A stretch of DNA of 64,000 nucleotides from the NCBI GenBank assembly GCA_963727445.1, contig CAVSGI010000008.1:512001-576000 (forward strand). The letters are read 5' to 3'. How positions within the stretch are numbered: position 1 is the stretch's first letter; the number at the start of each line of letters is the position of its first letter. Positions 25,933-35,128 of this stretch are shown here, piece by piece. The notes below the pieces were generated by a model, which made no database searches, was not told the DNA's origin, and was given only the letters and a program-made list of their open reading frames with translations. This DNA is from an uncultured delta proteobacterium. Lineage in GTDB: Bacteria > Myxococcota_A > Polyangia > Polyangiales > B10-G4. The position numbers and the translations under genes are program-made.

Positions 25933-25957
25933 GCACTGGTTCCCACTCCTTACCACT
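25933..25957 (-). promoter_or_regulatory. MraZ-binding direct repeats (dcw box)
   Basis: Minus strand AGTGG-N5-AGTGG-N5-AGTGC, exact 10-bp period, about 45 bp upstream of mraZ. Confidence 0.8.
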
Positions 25958-25965
25958 ACGCGCCG

Positions 25966-25995
25966 AACCTATGGAAAGCAGCCAGAGGGTGTCAA
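25966..25995 (-). promoter_or_regulatory. Sigma70-type promoter of the dcw operon
   Basis: Minus strand TTGACA-N18-TAGGTT immediately upstream of the MraZ boxes. Confidence 0.7.
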
Positions 25996-26183
25996 CTTCT
26001 TTCTAGGTGCGGAAAAAGATCGAGAATCCGGCGTCTTACACTGGCTTACCACGACCTGTGGGGTGTTCAAATGCAGAACGAGACACATGGGGTCTATTGT
26101 CTCCAGAACAGCCGTTCCCCGTCCGGGGTCTCTCGTCACCATCGCGAATCCGCCCTGCCGTGTCCGATTCGTTAGAATCGGCC

Positions 26184-26519
26184 ATGGCGACGACTCCGAT
26201 CGCCGAGGCGTGGGAAGCGCTTCAGCAGGAATGGGAGGACCCGAAGGCGCACAAGCGCTTCATCGCCCTCTGCCAGAGCCTCGATGGTCTCTCGGAGGCG
26301 GGGCGGCGCTACCGCGCGGTGCGCGATTCGGACGAAGAAGAGGCCCGCCGCGCGGAAGCGGAACGCCAGATCGACGCGATTCTCGCCCAGGCGCTCGCGA
26401 CCCTCGAGGTGCTGAAATCCCCTCCCCCGCCGAAGCGCAATACCGCGCTGCTCCTGGTGGCGGCGGTGGTCTTCGTGCTGCTGGTGGGTACCGCGACCCT
26501 GGCGGTCATGGGACCTTGA
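26184..26519 (+). CDS. Small hypothetical protein with C-terminal membrane anchor
   Basis: Helical soluble domain (WEDPKAHKRFI...AGRRYR) followed by a terminal hydrophobic helix. Confidence 0.7.
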   Translation: MATTPIAEAWEALQQEWEDPKAHKRFIALCQSLDGLSEAGRRYRAVRDSDEEEARRAEAERQIDAILAQALATLEVLKSPPPPKRNTALLLVAAVVFVLLVGTATLAVMGP

Positions 26520-26609
26520 AATCGAACCAACGCGAGGCCCCAGTGCGGTAGGCTTCGTTGCGGTCTCGGGTGGCTCCCCGCCGCCCTCGGACCGAAAGCC
26601 TGAGAGACC

Positions 26610-27283
26610 TTGCAAGTCGATTTCTCCGCCCGCGAGCTGACAGTCAAGCTCGTCTACTACGGCCCGGCGCTGAGCGGGAAGACCACGAACCTGCAGGCGA
26701 TCCACCAGCTCGTGCTCCGACGAAGCCAAGGGTCGCTTGATGACCCTCGAGACGCGGGACGACCGCACCCTCTTCTTCGATCTGTTGCCCCTGACGCTTC
26801 GACTCGGAGAGCGGGCTCAAGGTGCGCATCAAGCTCTTCACGGTTCCGGGCCAGGTCATCCACAACGCCACCCGCCGCCTGGTCCTGCAGGGCGCCGACG
26901 GCGTCGCCTTCATCGCCGACTCCCAGCGAAGCGAGACCAAGGCGAACCAGGCCGCGTTCCTGAACATGCGGCAGAACCTTCAGGACAACGGCATCGACCC
27001 GGCGCACGATCCCGCTGGTCATCCAGTTCAACAAGCGCGACCTCCCCGAACATCCGGACCGACGCGGAGCTCGACGCGCTGGCGGCTCGCGGCCGTGAGC
27101 CGGTGTTCAAGGCCATCGCGCTCCGCGGCGCCGGCGTGCTCGAGACGCTGGTCGGGCTCCTGGAGCTCACCTGGGCGCAGCTCGAGTCGGAGCACGATCT
27201 CAGGGACAAGTTCGGGCTCAATCCGCAGGAAGCTGCTCGAGATGCGCAGCATCTCGGCTCGCGAGCTCGGGGTGGACTCGTGA
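26610..27283 (+). CDS. MglA/SofG-family small Ras-like GTPase (frameshifted)
   Basis: [52 protein letters not shown] (reconstructed). Confidence 0.9.
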
Positions 27284-28683
27284 GCGGCATCGACCTCGGC
27301 ATCACGCTCGGCGACATCGCGCGGCCTCGAAGAGGTCATCGATCGCGAAGCGCTCACCGAGGTGTGCCGTTCCTTCTTCGATCTCTTCGGGATCTCGATC
27401 CGCGTCTTCTCCCACGGCGGCGCGCTGCTGGCCGACGTGCACGAGGAGCAGGCGATCTGCCGCTACGTCAACACCTTCGGTGAGGGACGCAAGGCGTGTG
27501 GCGCGACTGTGGGCGCGGTGAAGTCGATCACGCCCGACGGCGATACGGTGGTCCATCCGTGCTTCACCGGCGCGGTCTATCGCGTCGTCCCGATCGACTA
27601 CCACGGGCGTCCGGTGGGCCGCTTCGTCATCGGCCCCTATCTACCCGCCGAGCTGCGAGGAGATGCCCCACAGCTTGATGGTGATCGACGAGGGGTTGGA
27701 CGAAGACGAAGCGCAGAACGCGCTCGGGCGCATGCCGCGCGTGCGCGAAGAGACGGCGATGCGCCTCGGCGCGCACCTCCGTCACGTCATCGATCTGATC
27801 CTCTTCTCCAGCCACCGCGCGCACCTCACGAGCGAGATGCACGTCGCGAGCGTGCGCGAGAGCTACCGCGAGCTCGCGGAGAAGACCGACAAGCTCCAGG
27901 AGGCCTACGACCGGCTCAAGGAGCTCGACCAGCTGAAGTCGAACTTCCTCGCGACGGTGAGCCACGAGCTGCGCACGCCTCTGACGTCGATCATCGGCTA
28001 CTCCGAGATGCTCGCGAGCGGCATCGCAGGCGACCTCAACGAGGAGCAGCGCGAGTTCGTCGAGACGATCCGCAGCAAGGGCGATCACCTGCTGCGCTGA
28101 TCACGAGCCTGCTCGACGTCGAGCAAGCTCGAGCAGGGACAGCTGACCCTCGATCGCCGAGCCCATCGACGCCGGCGAGCTGGTCGGAGCCGTGGCTACG
28201 ACCCTCGCGCCGCAAGCCAGGAAGAAGGGCGTCGACATTCACGTCGACGTCGCGGCCGAGCTCCCCGAGCTGCGTGGTCGACCGGATCCGGCTCCAGCAG
28301 GTGCTCTCAGAACCTCGCCGACAACGCGGTGAAGTTCACGCGACAAGGGCGGCCAAGTGACCGCTCAAGGCGAGCGCGACGGCGCTCGACGACGATGCGG
28401 CGGCGGCGTGGGCGCGGTGCTCATGGCCACGCCGCGCGCCGCCGTCGAGTTCGCCATCGCCGACACCGGCGTCGGCATCCCCCAGGACGAGCTCGAACGG
28501 ATCTTCGACGCTTTCTATCAGGTCGACGGAAGCTCGACGCGCGAGCACGGCGGCGCCGGGCTCGGTCTGTCGATCGTCAAGCGATTGGTCGAAGCCCACG
28601 GCGGCGAGATCCGCGTCGAGAGCCTGGTCGGAGAGGGCACCACCTTCTTCGTGATCATCCCCGAGCTGGAGCGCGACGGTTGA
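27280..28683 (+). CDS. Cytoplasmic histidine kinase with PocR-like sensor (frameshifted)
   Basis: ICRYV...C...HPCFTG...VVPI...IGPY sensor pattern; H-box FLATVSHELRTPLTSIIG; DTGVGI, FYQVD, GAGLGLSIV. Confidence 0.88.
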
Positions 28684-28684
28684 G

Positions 28685-29632
28685 ATGAGCCCCTCCCACG
28701 AGGAACGCCGGGTCGCACGCCTTTCGGAGATCTTCCAGCACGACCGCGACGACATCTCTCTCGGCATCGGCGACGACGCCGCGGTTCTCGCTCCGTCGAG
28801 TCGCTCGCAGGTTCTGAGCGTGGACGTGCAGGTCGAGGGCGTGCATTTCCGGCGCGGCTGGCTCTCGATGTCCGACCTCGGCCATCGCGCTTATCACGCG
28901 GCGGCGAGCGATCTGGCAGCGATGGGGGCGATGCCGCGCGCAGCGCTCTGCTCCTGGGTCCTGACGAAAGACGTATCCGACGAAGAGCTCGAGTCGCTCG
29001 CGCGCGGGACGGCGAGCGCCGCACGCGACGTCGGCGCACCGGTGATCGGTGGCAACCTCTCGCGCGGGACGGAGATCTCGATCACCACGACGGTGATCGG
29101 CGAGGTGGAAGCCGCGCGCCTCGAGCGCGCGGGCGCCAAGCCCGGAGACGGCATCTACGTCACGGGTACCGTGGGTGGCGCGGGGCTCGGCGTGGTGGCG
29201 CTCGATGGTGGCCACGCGGACGACGCGCGCTTCGCTGATTTCATCGACGCCTATCGCCGGCCCGTCGCCCAGATCGTGATCGGCCGTCGCTTGCTCCGCC
29301 TCGCGAGCGCGGCCGCCGACGTCTCGGACGGCCTCGTCACCGATCTCGGCCACATCTGTGCCGCCTCGAAGGTCGGTGCGCGGCTGCGCGCCGATCTGGT
29401 CCCGACCCTCCCCGGGTTCTCCGAAGCCGCCGCTTCTCTCTCGGCCGATCCCCTGCGCCTCGCGCTCGCGGGGGGCGAAGACTTCCAGCTCGTCTTCACC
29501 GCGCCGCTCGGAGAGTCGGTCACCGAGATCGCCACCCTGATCGGAGAGATCGAAGAAGGAAGCGGCGTCCGGTGCGTAGGCGAGGACGGAGCGCCGATCG
29601 ACGCCGATTTCGGCGGATTCGACCACTTCTGA
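28685..29632 (+). CDS. thiL: Thiamine-monophosphate kinase
   Basis: GIGDDAAV, VEGVHF, SDLAAMGA, DVSDGL, GGEDFQL. Confidence 0.93.
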   Translation: MSPSHEERRVARLSEIFQHDRDDISLGIGDDAAVLAPSSRSQVLSVDVQVEGVHFRRGWLSMSDLGHRAYHAAASDLAAMGAMPRAALCSWVLTKDVSDEELESLARGTASAARDVGAPVIGGNLSRGTEISITTTVIGEVEAARLERAGAKPGDGIYVTGTVGGAGLGVVALDGGHADDARFADFIDAYRRPVAQIVIGRRLLRLASAAADVSDGLVTDLGHICAASKVGARLRADLVPTLPGFSEAAASLSADPLRLALAGGEDFQLVFTAPLGESVTEIATLIGEIEEGSGVRCVGEDGAPIDADFGGFDHF

Positions 29633-29658
29633 TCGAGCTGCTAAACCCTCGCGACCCG

Positions 29659-30411
29659 ATGGATCCGAAGGCACTGCAAATTCTTCTCGAGCGCGTCGAA
29701 GCCGGTGAGACCACCGTCGACGAAGCGATGCGCGCACTCAAGGACCTCCCCTTCGCCGACCTGGGATACGCGACCATCGATCATCATCGCGCGCTCAGGA
29801 ACGGCTATCCCGAGGTCGTGTTCGGCGTGGGCAAGACCGTCGATCAGATCACGGGCATCGTCACCGAGATCGCCGGTCGTGATCAGACCGTGCTGGTGAC
29901 GCGCATCGAAGCCGAGGTCGGCAGCGCGCTCACCTCGCGCATCGACGGATTCGTGTACGACGCGCTCTCGCGCACCGGTCTCGTGTCCAGGCAGCCGCCG
30001 CCCAAGAACTCGACGCTTCCCATCTGCGTGGTCACGGCCGGGACGAGCGATCTCCCGGTCGCCGCCGAAGCGGCGGTGACCGCCGAGGCTTTGGGCAACG
30101 AGGTGACACGCCTCACCGACGTGGGCGTCGCCGGCATCCATCGTCTGCTCGCGCGCCGTGACGTCCTCGCCGAAGCAGGCGCGGTGGTCGTGGTCGCAGG
30201 GATGGAAGGCGCACTGGCGAGCGTGGTCGGCGGGCTGGTGGACGTACCCGTGGTCGCGGTGCCCACCTCGATCGGGTACGGCGCGAGCTTCGAGGGCATC
30301 GCGCCGCTCTTGACGATGCTCAACAGCTGCGCCAGCGGCGTGACGGTCGTCAACATCGACAACGGCTTCGGCGGCGCGTATGCCGCCAGCCTGATCGTCC
30401 GCGGCCGCTAG
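29659..30411 (+). CDS. larB: Nickel-pincer cofactor biosynthesis protein LarB
   Basis: IDHHRALRNGYPEVVFG, AGTSDLPVA, DVGVAGIHRL, AGMEGAL, PTSIGYG, VVNIDNGFG. Confidence 0.93.
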   Translation: MDPKALQILLERVEAGETTVDEAMRALKDLPFADLGYATIDHHRALRNGYPEVVFGVGKTVDQITGIVTEIAGRDQTVLVTRIEAEVGSALTSRIDGFVYDALSRTGLVSRQPPPKNSTLPICVVTAGTSDLPVAAEAAVTAEALGNEVTRLTDVGVAGIHRLLARRDVLAEAGAVVVVAGMEGALASVVGGLVDVPVVAVPTSIGYGASFEGIAPLLTMLNSCASGVTVVNIDNGFGGAYAASLIVRGR

Positions 30412-31718
30412 CACGCCCGCTCCACGAGCTCGAAGAGGTTCGGCCCTTCGAGCTGCTCGAAGCGATACCTCACGCGCGCGATGGGGAACGGAACCTCGAA
30501 GAGTCGCTCGAGGCTCGCCGGGCTCGCGTCCACCACGGCGTCGGGAGCGCACCGGACGATGGTCTCGCGCAGCTCTTCACGCTGCGATTCCGAGTAGCCG
30601 AGCGCAGGCAGCACGCGGTGCATGTGCGGATAGGCGGCGAAGGTGCTCGCGATGCTACCCACGGCGTGGGGCCGCGGATCGATGAGCTCCTTCGCGCCGT
30701 GACGCATCGCCGCGACCGTTCCGGCACCGTAGCTCATGCCCCCGTGAGTGAGCGTGGGCCCGTCCTCGACCACCAGGACCCGCTTTCCTTCGACGAGCGC
30801 CGGTTGGTCGAGCTCGACCAGCAGGTCCGAGACCACGATCTCGGCGGACGGGCAGAGCGCACGCGCGTTTCGCCGAATCGTCTCCACCGCACCCTTCGCG
30901 GCACCGCCGACCTTGTTGATCACCACCACGTCGGCGGCGCGAAAACCGGTCTCGCCCGGGTAGTAGGCGACCTCGTGACCGGGCCGCAGGGCGTCAGCGA
31001 CCACGATCGAGAGGTCGGGGCGGAAGAAGCAGGTGTCGTTGTTTCCCCCGTCCCACAGGATCACGTCGCTCTCGGCTTCGGCCGCCTCGAGGATCTTGGC
31101 GTAGTCCACGCCCGCGAAGATGGTGAGCCCGCGCTCGACGTAGGGCTCGTACTCCTCCCGCTCCTCGATGGAGCACTCCGCCGCATCGAGGTCGTCGAGG
31201 GTCGCGAAGCGCTGCACGCTCTGACGGCGGAGATCGCCGTAAGGCATGGGATGACGGATGACGCCCACCCGCATCGAACGGGCGTGGAGGTGCGCCGCAA
31301 GCGCCTGGGTGATCGGGCTCTTGCCGGCCCCCGTTCGAACGGCGGTGACCGAGACCACCGGCCGGTGCGCGCGCAGCTGCGTGTGCTTCGGTCCCAACAG
31401 GACGAAGGACGCGCCGGCTGCCTGCACCAGGCTCGCCTTGTGCATCACCTCTTCGTGCGGAAGGTCGCTGTAGCTCAGGAACACGAAGTCGACGTCGTAC
31501 TTGCGGATCAAGCCCGCGAGCTCACGCTCGTGACGGATGGGGATGTCGTCGTCGTAGTGGGACCCCGCCAGCTCGCGGGGGAACTTCCGCTCGTCGATGA
31601 AGGGGATCTGATCGGCGGTGAAGCAGCAGACGCGGAAGGTGGGGTGGGCGACGAGGAAGGTTTGAAAGTCGTGAAAGTCACGACCAGCCGCGCCCATCAC
31701 GATGCAGTTGAATGTCAT
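30408..31718 (-). CDS. COG2403-type P-loop protein (cyclic 2,3-diphosphoglycerate synthetase-like; arginine synthetase-like)
   Basis: MGAAGRDFH, AVRTGAGKS, IRHPMPYGDL, EEREEYEP, WDGGNND, VEDGPTLTHGGM. Confidence 0.8.
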   Translation of the reverse strand: MTFNCIVMGAAGRDFHDFQTFLVAHPTFRVCCFTADQIPFIDERKFPRELAGSHYDDDIPIRHERELAGLIRKYDVDFVFLSYSDLPHEEVMHKASLVQAAGASFVLLGPKHTQLRAHRPVVSVTAVRTGAGKSPITQALAAHLHARSMRVGVIRHPMPYGDLRRQSVQRFATLDDLDAAECSIEEREEYEPYVERGLTIFAGVDYAKILEAAEAESDVILWDGGNNDTCFFRPDLSIVVADALRPGHEVAYYPGETGFRAADVVVINKVGGAAKGAVETIRRNARALCPSAEIVVSDLLVELDQPALVEGKRVLVVEDGPTLTHGGMSYGAGTVAAMRHGAKELIDPRPHAVGSIASTFAAYPHMHRVLPALGYSESQREELRETIVRCAPDAVVDASPASLERLFEVPFPIARVRYRFEQLEGPNLFELVERAC

Positions 31719-31837
31719 CGGGTACGTTTCCGGCGGAGCGGTTTTGGTCCGCTGCCGTCGATGGCCATGTACGCACGAGAGCCTGCTTGGAAAGGGAGCG
31801 CTGGCGACGCCGACCCGGAGGGCATAGGCTCCGCCGG

Positions 31838-33139
31838 ATGAGCGGAGAGGAGCACGAGGACGGGCACGGGCACGGGCATGGGCACGGGCATGGGCACGGG
31901 CCTGCAGCGATGAGCCCGCTGCCCGACGCGGCGCTCGTCGGCGACCTCTCGGCCAACGCCGGCGCGGGTCACATCCTCTTCCTCGACGCCCAGAGCGGGC
32001 TCGCCGGCGACATGCTCGTCGCCGCGCTCCTCGATCTCGGCGTCCCCATGCGCGTCGTCGACTCGGCGCTGGCCGCGCTTCCCCTCGAGGGCTACCGGAT
32101 CACCACGCCCCGCGTCTCCCGTTCCGGCATCGCCGCCCGGCGATTCGTGGTGGAGGTCGAGGAAGGTCAGCCACAGCGGAGCTACGCCGCGATCCGCGAG
32201 ATGCTCGCCGAGGCCGAGCTCCCCGAAGGCACCAAGCTGGCGGCATCGACGGCGTTCCGTCGTCTGGCGGAGGCCGAAGCCGCCGTGCACGCGATGCCGC
32301 TCGAGCAGGTCCACTTCCACGAGGTCGGCGCCGTCGACTCCATCGTGGACATCGTGGCGGTCAGCGCCGCGCTCGCCCACCTCGGCGCCGAGATCGTCTG
32401 CTCCCCCCTCCCCCTCGGGCGGGGGAGGGTGATCGCGCAGCACGGCCCTCTCCCGGTCCCCGCGCCCGCCACCCTCTTGTGCCTTCGCGGCGTCCCCACC
32501 ACCGACGCCGGGCTGGACGTCGAGCTGGTCACGCCCACGGGCGCGTGTCTGGTCGGGGCCCTGGCGAGCCGCTTCACCCGATGGCCGGACATGGTCCCCA
32601 AGCGGATCGGCTGGGGCTCGGGCACGCGGGATCTCCCCGATCGCCCGAACCTCCTCCGGGTCGTGCTGGGCACGCCATCTGCCGAGAGCCGGCCAGAGAC
32701 CGACAGCTCCGCGGGCTTCGCGCTCCTCGAGACCAACGTCGACGACGTCTCGGCGGAGACCATGGCCTACGCGCTGAGCCGGGCCCTGGCCGCCGGCGCC
32801 CTCGACGCCTGGTCGAGCGCGATCGGAATGAAGAAGGGCCGGCCAGCCACGATGCTCAGCGTGCTCGTGCGCTCGCCGCAGATCGACGAGCTCGGCCGGC
32901 TCTTGATGGCGGAGACGGGTACGCTCGGCGTCCGCGTTCGGGCCTGCGAACGGATCGAACGACCGCGGCGCATCGAGGAGGTGGAGACGCCTTATGGCGT
33001 GATCCCCATCAAGATCGCGGAGGGAGATGGTCTACCGCGCCACGCCGCGCCCGAGTTCGAGGCATGCAGAGCGGCGGCCGAGGCGCATGGTGTCGCCCTC
33101 AAGCGGGTGTACGAGGCCGCCCTCGCTGCGCTGAATTGA
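31838..33139 (+). CDS. larC: Nickel-pincer nickel insertase LarC, His-rich N-terminus
   Basis: (GH)6 tract, SGLAGDMLVAALLDLG, VHFHEVGAVDSIVD, ELVTPTGA, LETNVDD, MKKGRP, ETGTLGVR, PEFE. Confidence 0.93.
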   Translation: MSGEEHEDGHGHGHGHGHGHGPAAMSPLPDAALVGDLSANAGAGHILFLDAQSGLAGDMLVAALLDLGVPMRVVDSALAALPLEGYRITTPRVSRSGIAARRFVVEVEEGQPQRSYAAIREMLAEAELPEGTKLAASTAFRRLAEAEAAVHAMPLEQVHFHEVGAVDSIVDIVAVSAALAHLGAEIVCSPLPLGRGRVIAQHGPLPVPAPATLLCLRGVPTTDAGLDVELVTPTGACLVGALASRFTRWPDMVPKRIGWGSGTRDLPDRPNLLRVVLGTPSAESRPETDSSAGFALLETNVDDVSAETMAYALSRALAAGALDAWSSAIGMKKGRPATMLSVLVRSPQIDELGRLLMAETGTLGVRVRACERIERPRRIEEVETPYGVIPIKIAEGDGLPRHAAPEFEACRAAAEAHGVALKRVYEAALAALN

Positions 33140-33168
33140 GTGGTATCGTGGGGCTCGGAGGCAGGGTG

Positions 33169-35128
33169 ATGAAGCTCCAAGAGTGGCTCGCGATGGGTGT
33201 GGCGTGCATCGCCCTCGCTTCGGGATGTGGCGATGACGGGTCGGGCGGCGGGGATTCCGGGACCGACGCGATGGCGCCCCCCGGCACCGAGCCCAGCGCC
33301 CGTTGCATCGCCCCGATCGATGCGCTCATGGGGCAGGACCCCAGCGCCGCCGTTTCGGTGAGCGCACAGATCGACGCACCGAACGGCATCGCCTCGGTGA
33401 CCATCGGCGGCGAGTCCGTCACCCCCGACGCCAGTGGCGTCGCCAGCCGCGACGTGACCCCCACCTGGGGCGTCAACAACGTGTCGATCGAGGTGACCGA
33501 CACCTACGGGCAGGTCGGCTACGGCCTGTGCAGCTTCCTGGTCTCGAACGACTGGCTCGCTGACGGCGATTGGCTCGACCGAAGCGTCTCCACCCGCCTG
33601 ACCCCGACCGCCATCGACGACGGCGACCCCGACGACGGCCTCGACAGCCTCAACGATCTGCTGCGCACGGTCCTGGCGGAAGGCCTGCTCGCGAGCGCCC
33701 TCGACATGCAGCTCTCGCGACCCGACGTCGACATCAAGGCCTGTCCATCCAGCTGTGACGCGGTCGTGCCTTTCACGATGGACTGCGTGACCACTCAGCT
33801 GGAGTACATCCCCGCGGCGATGGGCGGCGGCGTGACCGCGACGGGCGTCGCGACGAGCACCGTCACCGCCCACGACGGCTACATTCAGTTTCGCGGAACC
33901 GCCCCCGAGATCGACATCCCCGTCCACCTCACCAGCTGCTCCGATTCGGACGTCGCTCTGGACGAGGTCGGCACGATCACCATCGCCGACGTCACCATCG
34001 ACCTGAACGTCACGTTGGAGCTCGACGACACGACCGGCGACCTGGTCGCCCGTCCGATGATGGTCAACGAGGTCGTCGTCGGCGCGGTCACAGCCGACTT
34101 CCCCGACACCGACCCCACCCTCGCCTCCATCATCGAAACGGCCATCGCCGGCTCGGTCGCCCGCGACGACGGTATGGCGCTGCGCGACTCGATCGGGAGC
34201 TACCTGATGAACGAGGTGGTCTACATCCTCGACGCTCTGCTCGCGACCTTCGACGTGCGCACCCTCGGCGCCACCTTCGACATCCCTTCGTTGAACGGCT
34301 CGACCACCACCAGCTTCGACTTCGCTTCCCGCTACGTGTCGGTCGACGTGCTCGAGACGGGCATCGTCTTCGGTCTCGGCACGCGCCACGAGCCCGTCGG
34401 CGTCTCCGCGCCCACCGGTGATCTCGGCGCGCCCATGACGCCCACCCCGGTCTGGGCTGCCTCGGACACCGCCGAGGGCATCGGCAACCTCGTCACCGAC
34501 AAGGTGGCCAACCTCGTGCTCCACGCCAACTACGCGGCGGGGGGCATGAACGGGATCGTCGGCCCCGCCATGATCGTCGGCCCCGCCATGATCGTCGGCC
34601 CCGCCATGATCGTCGGTCCCGCCATGATCGTCGGCCCCGCCATGATCGTCGGTCCCGCCATGATCGATCTGAACGTGGCCATGCCCCCCACCGCGCACGG
34701 CGTCGGCGACGGGCAGCTCGACCTGAGCTGGGGTGGCGTCGAGCTCTCCCTCGACGGCGAGGGGCCTTTCGCCGGACTCGCCGTCCGCATGGGCGCGACG
34801 GTCCGCGCCACCGTCGATTCGGCCAGCAGCGAGCATCCCGGCTTCGACGACATCGCGGTCACCGACCTGGCGTTCACCACCGATCGCCCGCTCTCCGAGG
34901 CCGAGCGCCAAGAGGTCGGCCAGTGGCTGGTGGTCTTCGCCTGGTGGATGTCGAGTCAGTCGTTGAACGAGGGCGGTCCGACGCTCCCCATCCCCTCCTT
35001 CGAGACCACCGAGGCGCTCGCCCCCTACGGGATTCGAGGTGGGAGTCGAGCTCGGGACGGTGAATCCCGTGATGGGCTACACCGATTCCCACGTGGAGAT
35101 GGTGGGGGAGTTCGGCCGGCGGCCGTGA
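33169..35128 (+). CDS. Large acidic lipoprotein of unknown function (one frameshift near 35030)
   Basis: Lipobox LASGC; Ig-like N-part; an alternative-frame tail ends at TGA 35126-35128 overlapping the next GTG. Confidence 0.65.
34555..34665 (+). repeat. In-frame 18-bp tandem repeat x6 encoding (IVGPAM)6
   Basis: ATCGTCGGYCCCGCCATG six times; copies 4 and 6 use GGT. Confidence 0.95.

Noticed and set aside
31862..31897. (CP)n peptide on the minus strand
   Set aside because: It is the antisense reading of the LarC Gly-His tract.
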